Sequence record: KJ190158
DNA: 64,000 nt
Direction: 5' to 3' (one strand)
Source of the DNA: Escherichia phage FFH2
Shown: piece by piece, positions 1 to 9,234 of the stretch
How positions within the stretch are numbered: position 1 is the first letter of the stretch
Layout of the letters: each line of letters begins with the position of its first letter
Notes under the pieces: model-generated
Told to the model about the DNA's origin: nothing
Seen by the model: the letters and a program-made list of their open reading frames with translations, nothing else
The model's database searches: none
Made by a program: the position numbers and the translations under genes

Positions 1-479
1 CTGCTGAGCGTATTGACTGGATCTGCAAACAGGTCAGATATTATATCCACACGCATCACGTTGACACCGTGGTTATGGAAGGGCTTTCCTTTGGATCACG
101 CGGGGATGCCACACGTGAACTGGCTGGGTTGTTTTACGGTCTTGAAATTATGCTTTGGGATGCCTTAGCTGATTGTGAAAATGACGGCCTGTTTAAGGTC
201 CACACAGTGACACCAACAACTGCCAAAAAGTTTGCTCGTAGTCATCTTCCTGAAGAACTTGCTTTTGAGGAGAAGAAAAAGCTTGACAAAAAGACAGGTA
301 AAGAGCATACTGTGAAGAAACCTGTTACAATGGATAAAAAGTTGATGGTTAAGGCCTGCGAAGTATCTGAACCTGGGTTCCTAGACGGGATCAATTTGGT
401 ACAAGGTAAGGCCGATCTCGCAGATGCTTATTGGATAGGCAGGGCTCATCTGGAGGGATTATCGCAAAGCGTAAAATAA
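1..479 (+). CDS. RuvC-like Holliday-junction resolvase, 5' end outside window
   Basis: The frame is open from nt 3 to the stop at 477-479. HHVDTVVMEGLSFGS resembles the RuvC catalytic Glu after a beta strand. The C-terminal GKADLADAYWIGRAH resembles the RuvC D-x-x-DA-x-x-IA motif. Confidence 0.6.
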   Translation, partial: AERIDWICKQVRYYIHTHHVDTVVMEGLSFGSRGDATRELAGLFYGLEIMLWDALADCENDGLFKVHTVTPTTAKKFARSHLPEELAFEEKKKLDKKTGKEHTVKKPVTMDKKLMVKACEVSEPGFLDGINLVQGKADLADAYWIGRAHLEGLSQSVK

Positions 480-1036
480 GAAAGAAAGCTGTCAAAGCCC
501 CAGTTCATAACGGGTGGTTAAAAGATTCTAAGGACATAGCCAACTTTCGAAAAGAATTGTCAGAGGAGCAGGATGGTCTTGATCCGATCTTGTGCGAGCC
601 ACTTCGTAAGCCTTGTTTAGATCATGATCATCTGACTGGTCGTTGCAGGGGTGTTTTGTCTCAATGCACTAATACCTTTGAGGGGTATGTGCTTAAATAC
701 TGGATGAAATACTGTAACGAGTATACAGATTGCAGTTTATCAGAGGCGTTGCGCCGGATGGCTGACTATTTGGAGAAAGACTACAGCGACTTCCCGCTCC
801 ACAAAAACTACAGAGATGATATGACAAAGTTCTTGAGGAGATGCTCTAAAGCTACGATTATTGCACGAGCAGAATCAGATCTCAATCTTGTCATTGATCC
901 GGAGTGCACCAAGCATGAGGCTATTGAGTTCTACATGCAAGAGTTTATAAAGAAAACTGAGGAGAGAGATTTCTATGGGGATGAAAAAGGTATTCAATCC
1001 TTGCGACTCGGTCCTGATCAGGATGAAATACCGTAA
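431..1036 (+). CDS. Endonuclease VII-family nuclease
   Basis: CLDHDHLTGRCRGVLSQCTNTFEG fits the DHDHxTGxxRGxLCxxCN signature of the T4 endonuclease VII family. There is no in-frame ATG before residue 92. The TTG at 431 overlaps the upstream gene by 49 nt, so the start is uncertain. Confidence 0.7.
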   Translation: MDRQGSSGGIIAKRKIRKKAVKAPVHNGWLKDSKDIANFRKELSEEQDGLDPILCEPLRKPCLDHDHLTGRCRGVLSQCTNTFEGYVLKYWMKYCNEYTDCSLSEALRRMADYLEKDYSDFPLHKNYRDDMTKFLRRCSKATIIARAESDLNLVIDPECTKHEAIEFYMQEFIKKTEERDFYGDEKGIQSLRLGPDQDEIP

Positions 1037-1196
1037 CTGGAAAGGTGTTGTTGCAGATCGCTGCGTTACTGAGCCTAATTTATGGTTTGGCTCTACAGAG
1101 TATCATAAAGAAGAGCAGTGGTTGATGCGTGCCTTCGATGTAGACAAGGGCGAATATCGTGACTTCGCTTTAAAAGACATTCTTCAGTTTTACTAA
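975..1196 (+). CDS. hypothetical protein (start uncertain: ATG 975, 981 or 1023)
   Basis: Co-oriented ORF filling the gap between neighbours. No recognisable motif. Confidence 0.4.
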   Translation: MGMKKVFNPCDSVLIRMKYRNWKGVVADRCVTEPNLWFGSTEYHKEEQWLMRAFDVDKGEYRDFALKDILQFY

Positions 1197-1208
1197 GGAA
1201 TCTTAACG

Positions 1209-2192
1209 ATGATGACAAAGTTAACTCTTGAGCAAATTTTAACACTAAAGCAACAGGGATACACTAATAGACAAATTGCTCGTGAATTTTTAGGCCGTGA
1301 GTCACGTGAGAGCTGGATCCGACTGCAGCTTAAACGTGCACAAGAGAATATGTCAGAGATTGTAGGAGAAGCAACGGAGCGCTTCCTTGAAGAGCACAAA
1401 GGTGCTAAAGTTTGGGTGTATGATACAGAGACATCTCCAACAAACGGCTGGTTCTTTGGGCACTATAAGACCAACATTCAAACCTGCGGTATTGAAATTA
1501 TGCCATATATGCTAACTTTCGCAGGTAAGTGGTTAGACAGTCCTAGTGTGGTTGACTGCGCTCTTCCTGATTATAAAATGTGGAGCGAAGATATTCACAA
1601 TGATCTTGAATTGATTCAGGACTTGTGGTATTATCTTGATAAATGCGATGTAGCAGTAGCCCACAATTCAGGTTTTGACTGTGGGTGGGCCAACCAACGA
1701 TTTGCATTTCACGGGTTGCCTCCAACAAGCTCCTACAAAGAGGTTGACACCCTTAAAATGATCAAGAAGGCATTCCGTTTGAATGCAAACACTTTAGAGT
1801 ATGCATGCAAATACTTCCAACTGGCCCGACAGAAACTGATTGACCACACATTTGAAATGTGGATCAAGTGTGTCCATGGCGATCTTGAGGCATTTAAACA
1901 GATGCGGGAGTATAATGTTGGTGATATCCTGTCTCTGGAAGGCTTGTATTTGCTGGCTCGCCCGTTTGCTAAGCAGCACCCAAACATGTCATTGTACTAC
2001 CAGGACGAGGAGCCAAAGGTTCGTTGCCCACGCTGTGGTGGAGAACACCTTCACGAGGAAGAAGCTTTGGCGTATACTCAGCTGAGTGCATTTAAAACAT
2101 ACCGCTGCGAAGGTTGTGGATCTGTTGTTCGTGATCGTAACAACATCCGTACCAGAGAAGAGATGAAAAACACCCTGATTCAGATAATCTAA
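1209..2192 (+). CDS. DEDD-family 3'-5' exonuclease (RNase H-like fold) with N-terminal HTH and C-terminal zinc ribbon
   Basis: VWVYDTETSP (ExoI DxE), VAHNSGFDCGW (ExoII) and YNVGDILSLEGLY (ExoIII Yx3D). The N-terminal QGYTNRQIAREF is HTH-like. The C terminus has CPRCGG...CEGCG. Confidence 0.7.
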   Translation: MMTKLTLEQILTLKQQGYTNRQIAREFLGRESRESWIRLQLKRAQENMSEIVGEATERFLEEHKGAKVWVYDTETSPTNGWFFGHYKTNIQTCGIEIMPYMLTFAGKWLDSPSVVDCALPDYKMWSEDIHNDLELIQDLWYYLDKCDVAVAHNSGFDCGWANQRFAFHGLPPTSSYKEVDTLKMIKKAFRLNANTLEYACKYFQLARQKLIDHTFEMWIKCVHGDLEAFKQMREYNVGDILSLEGLYLLARPFAKQHPNMSLYYQDEEPKVRCPRCGGEHLHEEEALAYTQLSAFKTYRCEGCGSVVRDRNNIRTREEMKNTLIQII

Positions 2193-2200
2193 CAAGTAGA

Positions 2201-2228
2201 GGGAGGCTTGCGCCTCCCTTTTCCTTTT
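2201..2228 (+). terminator. rho-independent terminator after the exonuclease gene
   Basis: GGGAGGC-ttgc-GCCTCCC stem-loop followed by TTTTCCTTTT. Confidence 0.7.
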
Positions 2229-2237
2229 GGAGGCACT

Positions 2238-3056
2238 TTGAGCAAGAAAGAGTCTAACGACAAATACTACACAAACCCTGAGTATGCAGAATATCTTGTT
2301 GGTAGAGTAAAAGACAAGTATGGGAATTGTGCATACGTTGAGCCTTCTGCTGGAAGGGGTTCTTTTTCAAAACTATTTTCAGAGATACTGTCGTACGATC
2401 TAGTACCAGATCCTGAATTTGAAGGACCAACACCGTGCATTCAGGCAAACTTCTTGGAGGTGCATCCCAAGGCAGATGTCTTCATAGGTAACCCACCATT
2501 TGGCAAGAATTCATCTTTAGCTTGCAAATTCTTTAACCATTGTGCATCGTTGCTAGATCTTGGCGGGGCTATAGCCTTCATCTTGCCACGGACATTTGAA
2601 AAAATATTTTTTGCAAACAAACTGGACATGTCTATGCACCTTGTCTACAGCGAAAGGTGCCCTAAGAACTCGTTTTTACTTAATGGCAAACCTTATGACG
2701 TGCCATGTGTTTTCCAAATTTGGGAGAAAAAGGCGTGCAATAGGGATCCTGTAGAGATTGGAGAGAATAGGTTATTTTCTTTTAGCACACCAGATGACTA
2801 CGACTTCTGTGTAAGACGTGTTGGGTATAATGCTGGAAAAGTATTGGGTGATGATGACCCAAAATCTAAAGAATCTACATATTTCATAAAATCTTTAGTT
2901 GACGGTGTTGACAGAGTGTTTGCTGAATGCTATTCTTCTTTTCAAGAAGAAGCAGGTAAGACTGCTGGAATGAAGAGTATAGGCAAGAAAGAACTACAAT
3001 ACATTTTGGAGACCCGGTATGATCAAAAGTATAGACTTGACCAAAGAACTTACTGA
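2238..3056 (+). CDS. DNA N6-adenine methyltransferase (motif I before motif IV, NPPF type)
   Basis: VEPSAGRGSF (SAM-binding motif I) followed by FIGNPPFG (motif IV). The start is placed at TTG 2238, with GGAGG 5 nt upstream, because the longer ORF start at 2208 lies inside the terminator hairpin. Confidence 0.75.
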   Translation: MSKKESNDKYYTNPEYAEYLVGRVKDKYGNCAYVEPSAGRGSFSKLFSEILSYDLVPDPEFEGPTPCIQANFLEVHPKADVFIGNPPFGKNSSLACKFFNHCASLLDLGGAIAFILPRTFEKIFFANKLDMSMHLVYSERCPKNSFLLNGKPYDVPCVFQIWEKKACNRDPVEIGENRLFSFSTPDDYDFCVRRVGYNAGKVLGDDDPKSKESTYFIKSLVDGVDRVFAECYSSFQEEAGKTAGMKSIGKKELQYILETRYDQKYRLDQRTY

Positions 3057-3477
3057 TGCAAAAGCTTTTGGTGAGACAGCAGTACAAAGGGGGCAGGCGA
3101 TGGGACTGGCACTACCTTTCGTCTTAAAAGAGCACTTTACAGATTTTCAACTTATCAAGGGTGATAAGGGAATGCTTATCCTGGAGCATAAGTTGAGTAA
3201 GAAACGCTATAAAGTTGTTTTTAATTCTAAAGCTCCAACAAAACTGGGATTCAGAACTTACAATCTTAACCCATCCTACACTAAGGGTGTTGGAAGGGTA
3301 GAACAACAGCATTTCAGTGCCAGAGCTTCTTTAGCCCCTTTGATGCTAAATTTCTCAGGGGTGGCTTTAGGATACCTTGATAAGAAAAGAGTTCTTCATG
3401 TCCGTTTCACAGACTTTGTAACGCTCTTAGCTAACAACGAGGTTGATGAAAAGGGACGTGTAAAAACAAACTTCTAA
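3019..3477 (+). CDS. hypothetical protein
   Basis: 152-aa ORF with GGAGA upstream of the ATG. It overlaps the methyltransferase 3' end. No recognisable motif. Confidence 0.55.
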   Translation: MIKSIDLTKELTDAKAFGETAVQRGQAMGLALPFVLKEHFTDFQLIKGDKGMLILEHKLSKKRYKVVFNSKAPTKLGFRTYNLNPSYTKGVGRVEQQHFSARASLAPLMLNFSGVALGYLDKKRVLHVRFTDFVTLLANNEVDEKGRVKTNF

Positions 3478-3504
3478 TAACGCATAGTATGATTGGAGAC
3501 CGAA

Positions 3505-3696
3505 ATGACACTAAAGTTAACAATTCCAGACAGCTTTTCAGAAAACTTTATCCCAGAAATGATGAGTAAGATGCGATCATTGCTTGATCAGATTGAGGAG
3601 GCTGTTTGGGAAGACGATGCTGTAGTGGCTAACGAGCTGGTAGATAAGTGTAAAAGTATTATTGATGCAGTTGAAGAATACCACGGAGGTTTTTGA
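3505..3696 (+). CDS. hypothetical acidic protein (63 aa)
   Basis: ATG 3505 is preceded by GGAGAC. The stop overlaps the next start (TGATG). Confidence 0.55.
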   Translation: MTLKLTIPDSFSENFIPEMMSKMRSLLDQIEEAVWEDDAVVANELVDKCKSIIDAVEEYHGGF

Positions 3697-4310
3697 TGGA
3701 TATTATTGTTCTTAACGCCCCACCCAGCAGTGGTAAGGATCACATTGCAGATCTCTTGTTGGAAGCTATTCCTAACTCACACCACCGCGAGGTTAAGGAG
3801 ATGCTCTTTAGTGTGGCAATTAAGGCAGCTGGTGTAACTCCTCAACTCTGGAATGCACTTTATGACCGCCACTACAAAGAAGAGCCTTGCCCTTTCTTAA
3901 TGATAGACGGCAAGCATGTTTCTCCGCGAGAATGGATGATCCATTGTAGTGAAAATCTGATTAAACCTATCTTTGGTGAAGATGCTTTCGGTAAAGCCGC
4001 AGTCGCATCTTTGAAGAAAGATTTCCCTAAAGGTAAAGGGGTTGTTGTTTACTCCGATGGTGGATTCAAAGAGGAGCTGGCATGCCTTAGCGAGTACGCA
4101 TACAGCACAGGTGGAGATCTGTTGTTGTTCCGTATTCACCGTGTCGGATATGACTGGGGAAATGATTCCAGAACCTATCTAAGTCTGGAAAAGAACGGAA
4201 TAAAAGGAATTGAGTTTGATGTTGTAAACCCTGAAGGTGCACCTTGGGAATGTGCATCGGAGATTGTGTGCAAGTATATTGATGCTAAAGAGGCCCAAGA
4301 AGAATGTTAA
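3696..4310 (+). CDS. P-loop kinase, probable deoxynucleoside monophosphate kinase
   Basis: The N-terminal IIVLNAPPSSGKDHIADLL P-loop is arranged as in T4 gp1 and T5 dNMP kinases. GGAGG SD upstream. The gene sits in the nucleotide-metabolism cluster. Confidence 0.5.
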   Translation: MDIIVLNAPPSSGKDHIADLLLEAIPNSHHREVKEMLFSVAIKAAGVTPQLWNALYDRHYKEEPCPFLMIDGKHVSPREWMIHCSENLIKPIFGEDAFGKAAVASLKKDFPKGKGVVVYSDGGFKEELACLSEYAYSTGGDLLLFRIHRVGYDWGNDSRTYLSLEKNGIKGIEFDVVNPEGAPWECASEIVCKYIDAKEAQEEC

Positions 4311-4897
4311 TCGGAATTGATGTAGATTTGACACTGGTAGATTCAGGAACAGCATGGTGGGAGTGGTTGGAGCGTTTGTATGGTCCAGCCAGTAAGACAG
4401 TCGCTAAACCTTCTAATGGACTGATGTATTACGATCTGTCAAAGTATTGGCCTGATCGCCCCAAAGAAAACATCATAGGGCCTTTTGATTTCTGGAGTGA
4501 CCCATTCCTCTACGACTTTCTTAAGCCTGAAGAGGGGGCTATTGAGGTTATGAAAGATTTGGTGGCTCGTGGTCACAAGCTTGCATTTATCTCGGTATGC
4601 AAGAAAGGTCACCTTGCATCTAAATCAAGGTTCTTAAAGCGTTGGACCAGTGATTTTATGGATCTGGACGATCACACCCAGGGTCACGGCTTCTACGCCA
4701 CACATTTCAAAGGAAATGTGGCTGTAGATGTTATAATTGACGACAGGCATGAATACCTTAACCAATTCGCTTCACGACCTGAAGTTATTAAAATCCTAAA
4801 AGATACGCCTTATGAGCAATTCGAGGAGTTAAAGGTCAGTGTTGACTATACCGCTAATAGTTGGTATAAAATAGGAAAGTTTTTAGAAGGTATTTGA
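4304..4897 (+). CDS. HAD-superfamily phosphatase, 5'(3')-deoxyribonucleotidase-like
   Basis: N-terminal GIDVDLTLVD (DxDxT nucleophile motif) and a later VIIDDRHEYL (DD motif). Size and context match phage deoxyribonucleotidases. Confidence 0.55.
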   Translation: MLIGIDVDLTLVDSGTAWWEWLERLYGPASKTVAKPSNGLMYYDLSKYWPDRPKENIIGPFDFWSDPFLYDFLKPEEGAIEVMKDLVARGHKLAFISVCKKGHLASKSRFLKRWTSDFMDLDDHTQGHGFYATHFKGNVAVDVIIDDRHEYLNQFASRPEVIKILKDTPYEQFEELKVSVDYTANSWYKIGKFLEGI

Positions 4898-4898
4898 A

Positions 4899-5099
4899 AT
4901 GGGCAGATGTTCTAAAGGTGGCGATCCTGTAGTCAGATACGGTGACTGGCTGGAGGTATATGATCTGGGGGGTAAGCTAGTGTATGCCTCCAGGATCACC
5001 CAAGATATGTGCTCTGATATGTTTAACAGATACCTTGCATTTAAGGCCAATATAAACCCAGACGAAATTTCCAAAATTAAAACAAGGAGAGCTAAATAA
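4899..5099 (+). CDS. hypothetical protein
   Basis: 66-aa ORF between two enzymes, with an AGAAGG SD. Its stop overlaps the thyX start. Confidence 0.5.
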   Translation: MGRCSKGGDPVVRYGDWLEVYDLGGKLVYASRITQDMCSDMFNRYLAFKANINPDEISKIKTRRAK

Positions 5100-6082
5100 T
5101 GCTAAAACTGTGCACTGCAAAGATCATTGCTGACAGCATTTCCGAGAAAGGTAAGCGTATCACCACTTTTGAACTAGAGTATCCTCGAATTATTCACTCA
5201 GAGCTTATGACGCACCGAGTATTCAGCCGAAACGCCATGTCTTCCCGTGCAGTGCCTGTCGGCAAGATGCTGCAGCAGATTGTGGAGAATCCGGCAATGC
5301 CAGTTCGCTTCGGTGTAAATAAGCGAGGGATGGAAGATGGTGGGGAACACGATCAAAAGATCCGTGTAGAGTACACTGACATGGAGCTAACCCCTGAAGA
5401 GTTTTGGAAAGAAGCTGCAAAAAACGCCGCTTGGCATGCAGAGAAGTTCGCCCTTGCTGGTTACCATAAACAAGTATGTAACCGCTTAGTGGAGCCGTTT
5501 CAGCGCATGAAAACAGTTGTAACAAGCACAGAGTGGAATAATTTTTTCCATCTCCGTTGCTGGCACGATGCGGATCCTACGATTCAGATGTTGGCTAATT
5601 GTATGTGGGAAGCTCTTGTGAATAGCACTCCTGAAATCCTTAAACCAGGTCAATGGCACACTCCATATGTAGAGCACGTTTATTTGGACGGAGAGTTTAA
5701 CTACGCTGTACGTGACACAGAAGGAAAGCTCTGCATTCTTGATACTAAAGAAGCTCTGTCTATTAGTGCTAGTTGCTGTGCACAAGTATCTTATCGAAAT
5801 ATTGACAGCACGTTTGAAAAGGCAGACAGTGTGGCTAAAAAATTGATTGGTGGGGATCGTATTCATGCAAGCCCTTACGAACACCAGGCAACACCTATGG
5901 ATCATGATAACGCAATGGAACGTTTAAACTACTACCTATCTTCATGTGAAATCACACAAGACATTAGTACTTGGCAGGAAGGTGTAACCCATCAAGACCG
6001 TGATGGTAAATTCTGGTCTGCCAACTTTTGTGGGTGGGTTCAGCACAGACAACTGCTTAATAACCACTTCGTGAAAGGTTAA
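5099..6082 (+). CDS. thyX: FAD-dependent thymidylate synthase ThyX
   Basis: HSELMTHRVFSRNAMSSRAVP matches the ThyX signature RHRxxSxxxxSxR. AAGGAG SD upstream. Confidence 0.9.
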   Translation: MLKLCTAKIIADSISEKGKRITTFELEYPRIIHSELMTHRVFSRNAMSSRAVPVGKMLQQIVENPAMPVRFGVNKRGMEDGGEHDQKIRVEYTDMELTPEEFWKEAAKNAAWHAEKFALAGYHKQVCNRLVEPFQRMKTVVTSTEWNNFFHLRCWHDADPTIQMLANCMWEALVNSTPEILKPGQWHTPYVEHVYLDGEFNYAVRDTEGKLCILDTKEALSISASCCAQVSYRNIDSTFEKADSVAKKLIGGDRIHASPYEHQATPMDHDNAMERLNYYLSSCEITQDISTWQEGVTHQDRDGKFWSANFCGWVQHRQLLNNHFVKG

Positions 6083-6111
6083 TCCTATCACAGCGATAGG
6101 TAACTTTTGTG

Positions 6112-6140
6112 TTGACTAATAGTATCAGATAATCTATAAT
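6112..6140 (+). promoter_or_regulatory. sigma70-type promoter
   Basis: TTGACT-17 nt-TATAAT. A GGCTCAC...GTGAGCC hairpin (6144-6164) follows, then an SD and ATG 6181. Confidence 0.7.
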
Positions 6141-6180
6141 AATGGCTCACTTTGTTGGTGAGCCAGAAATGGAGACAGAT

Positions 6181-6642
6181 ATGAGTAATGTTATGATTCC
6201 TAAAAAGACATTTATTTCAGTTACTTTAGATTTCCTAGCTACCGTCCCTGGGTTTAACGTTCGCACACGAAACGGTCTCCGAGCTGCACTCTTCGCCGTA
6301 GGGTTTGATTTAAAAAATATTGATGTTCTTCGTGGAAAAAACGTTAGATGCAAAAATAAGCCAACCCATTATCGAAAGGCAGATGTATTTGCTGGTGTCA
6401 TGCGTGCAGACTTTAGATACCCACAAATGTATAACGGTGTAGATATTTTAGATGTAGATAAAGCACCTGGTGAGGCAATGCTTGTTCAAGATCTTCCGTA
6501 TGATATCCCTGTAGAGGATCGTGTTAATGTAAGAAAGTATACAAAACAATCTGAAAAGGCTGAAGATATTCATATTGTTGATGAACCTTTCAATTTTGAA
6601 GATCTGCATCGCCTAGAAAAATTATTCGGTATTGAAAGCTAA
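6181..6642 (+). CDS. hypothetical protein
   Basis: The start is set at ATG 6181 (GGAGACAGAT upstream). The longer ORF from 6142 would begin at the predicted transcription start and run through the 5' hairpin. Confidence 0.55.
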   Translation: MSNVMIPKKTFISVTLDFLATVPGFNVRTRNGLRAALFAVGFDLKNIDVLRGKNVRCKNKPTHYRKADVFAGVMRADFRYPQMYNGVDILDVDKAPGEAMLVQDLPYDIPVEDRVNVRKYTKQSEKAEDIHIVDEPFNFEDLHRLEKLFGIES

Positions 6643-6652
6643 GGTGGTGAAG

Positions 6653-6883
6653 ATGAGTCATAACTCCAAGTGGAAGGATCTTGGTTTTGCAAGTCGGGCA
6701 GAATATGTTGGCTGGCTTTGGTTCAACGGCCTGACAAACGATATTAAAATGTATGATGATGTTTATTATGACGAGTATACAGGTAAAATTATAAATATCT
6801 CTGTAGAAGAGGATACCTTTGTCCAGCAAGATACTGATACCTGCCTTGATAAATACGTTAATGAAGCGGAGGAAGCAAATTGA
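6653..6883 (+). CDS. hypothetical protein
   Basis: ATG 6653 is preceded by AAGGTGGTGAAG. The stop overlaps the nrdA TTG start. Confidence 0.5.
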   Translation: MSHNSKWKDLGFASRAEYVGWLWFNGLTNDIKMYDDVYYDEYTGKIINISVEEDTFVQQDTDTCLDKYVNEAEEAN

Positions 6884-9195
6884 TCACCAAGGTAATTAAA
6901 AGCAACGGATGTGAAGTGGCATTCGATCCAGAACGTTTAAATAAGGCAGCTATTTTCGGTGACGACGGTAACGGCAATTGGTCACACATTGCACTGGATG
7001 CATACAAACGACTGTATGATGGATGTACAACCAAAGAAGTTAACCAAGCTATCATAGACTCCTGTGTTAGCCGTAAAGACGAAGCACATTCCCGTATGGC
7101 TGGTCGTGTTCTTATTGGTCAGATTTATAAAGAGGCTTTTGGAGGGTTTACAAAGATCCCTTCCTTACCATCATTCTACAATACCATGGTTGAGAAAGGG
7201 TATTGGGAGGATATGGGCTATAGCTTTACCGAGCTAAACACTTTAGACGCTGTTATTGACCACAGTAAAGATCTCGGTTATGGCTATGCAGTCCTTAAAC
7301 AGTTTCGCGACAAATACGGGATCAAGGATACTCTTAAAGACACCTTGTTTGAATCTCCCCAGATGATGTTTATGGGGATAGCAATGGCTGTCATGAAGAA
7401 TATGCCGAAAGAACGTCGTATCAACGATGTTGTAAAATTATACACTTATCTGTCCGACTTAAAGATCAATGCCCCGACACCGTACTTAAACGGGCTGCGC
7501 ACAGGTAAGACAGGGTATGCATCTTGTTGTGTAATAAAAGCTGATGATACAGCAAAATCTATTGGTGTGGCACGTGAAGTTGCGTACACAATGACGGTTA
7601 ACCAAGCAGGTATCGGCTACTATTTATCATCAAGATCTGCAGGCGATGGTGTTCGTGGTAACACTATTAAACACATGGGTAAGATTCCATATTATCGAGG
7701 TATTGATGCTGGGGTTAAGGAGAACAGACAACAATCACGTGGCGGTTCTGCAACAGTATCATTCCTTGCACTAGACCCGCAGATTGATGAGCTAATCCGT
7801 TTGAGAAACCCTATGACTGTTGCTTCAAAAAGAATCAACACCATGGACTACTCTATAGGTATTAATAGGTCGTTTATCAACCGTGTGGCTAAGAATTTAG
7901 ATTGGATGCTTGTTTCTTATAAGCACGCGCCTCAACTGCATGAAGGTATCTTCACCATGTCTATGGAGGAGTTTGATGCAGAGGTTGATCGTATCGCTAA
8001 AGATGACAGTATTCCTAAAACATGGATCCGAGCTAGAGATCTTGCTGTTGAACTGCTCACGCAGCGTATTGAGGTTGGAAGGCTGTTCGTATACTGGACA
8101 GACGAGATGAATAGACATACACCTTTTAAAGATGTGATCTATTCAAGTAACCTGTGTGCAGAAATAGCCCTCCCGACAAAAGGCTATTCAGATATGCGTA
8201 ATATCTTCAAGCACGATGTTGATGATGGCGAAGTTGCATTGTGCTTCCTGTCATCACTTGTAGCTGGAAGGGTTACCCCAGAGGAGTATGAGGATGTTGC
8301 ATATTACACGGTGCTTATGATTGACAATGTTATGGAAATCATGACATATCCGTATGAAAATATGGAGAGCACTGTTAAAAAACGCAGATCCATCGGAGTT
8401 GGCCTTACCAATGTTGCACATTTTATTGCCAGCCACAAGGTTACTTACGGATCTCCTGAAAGTAAACAGCTTGTTCACGATCTTGCAGAACTTCACAGCT
8501 ACAGCTTGCATAAGGCAAGTTTACGGTTGGCAAAAGAGCGTGGTGTCTGCGAGTGGATGCATAAAACAAAATATCCAGAAGGTTGGTTACCAATCGACAC
8601 CTATAACAAAGAGGTCGATAGCGTGGTGAAAGATCCTTCTCTTAAACAGGATTGGGAAGGGTTACGTAAAGAAATCATTGAAAATGGTGGGCTACGTAAT
8701 AGCGTTCTTGAAGCATATATGCCTAATGAAAGCTCTTCGCTGGCAACAAACACCACTAATGGGGTTTATCCTGTCCGTGAGCACATTATCTTTAAAAAAT
8801 CGCCACAAGGGCAGGTGCTGTTTATCGTTCCTGACTATGATGAGTTGAAAGAGTATTACACCTCGGCTTGGGACGTTGATACTAACGACATGATCGATAT
8901 GTATGCTGTGATTCAAAAATTCACAGGTCAGGCAATCAGCGCGGATTTATACATAGACTACACCAAGTTGAAAGATGGTAAAATTTCAATGAAGGAGCAG
9001 CTAGGGTATCTTATCCGTGCCACTAAATTCGGGATGAAGACATGGTATTATTTAAACTCCAGGGTTGGTGCTGGTGACTCCTTGGCAGAGGAACTTCATG
9101 CCAAGAAACAGGCTGAAGATGAAACCAGAAAGAACTATCCTTTGATTGCAGATAGTTCAGTTGAAGATCCGTATTGCGAAAGTTGTGCACTATAA
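6880..9195 (+). CDS. nrdA: Class Ia ribonucleotide reductase large subunit
   Basis: N-terminal ATP cone (VIKSNGCEVAFDPERLNKA), active-site SNLCAEIALPT, and a C-terminal redox tail CESCAL. TTG start with a GAGGAAG SD. Confidence 0.95.
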   Translation: MITKVIKSNGCEVAFDPERLNKAAIFGDDGNGNWSHIALDAYKRLYDGCTTKEVNQAIIDSCVSRKDEAHSRMAGRVLIGQIYKEAFGGFTKIPSLPSFYNTMVEKGYWEDMGYSFTELNTLDAVIDHSKDLGYGYAVLKQFRDKYGIKDTLKDTLFESPQMMFMGIAMAVMKNMPKERRINDVVKLYTYLSDLKINAPTPYLNGLRTGKTGYASCCVIKADDTAKSIGVAREVAYTMTVNQAGIGYYLSSRSAGDGVRGNTIKHMGKIPYYRGIDAGVKENRQQSRGGSATVSFLALDPQIDELIRLRNPMTVASKRINTMDYSIGINRSFINRVAKNLDWMLVSYKHAPQLHEGIFTMSMEEFDAEVDRIAKDDSIPKTWIRARDLAVELLTQRIEVGRLFVYWTDEMNRHTPFKDVIYSSNLCAEIALPTKGYSDMRNIFKHDVDDGEVALCFLSSLVAGRVTPEEYEDVAYYTVLMIDNVMEIMTYPYENMESTVKKRRSIGVGLTNVAHFIASHKVTYGSPESKQLVHDLAELHSYSLHKASLRLAKERGVCEWMHKTKYPEGWLPIDTYNKEVDSVVKDPSLKQDWEGLRKEIIENGGLRNSVLEAYMPNESSSLATNTTNGVYPVREHIIFKKSPQGQVLFIVPDYDELKEYYTSAWDVDTNDMIDMYAVIQKFTGQAISADLYIDYTKLKDGKISMKEQLGYLIRATKFGMKTWYYLNSRVGAGDSLAEELHAKKQAEDETRKNYPLIADSSVEDPYCESCAL

Positions 9196-9234
9196 TTTTA
9201 AAGGGGCTTCGGCCCCATTTTAGAGGTTAGAATA

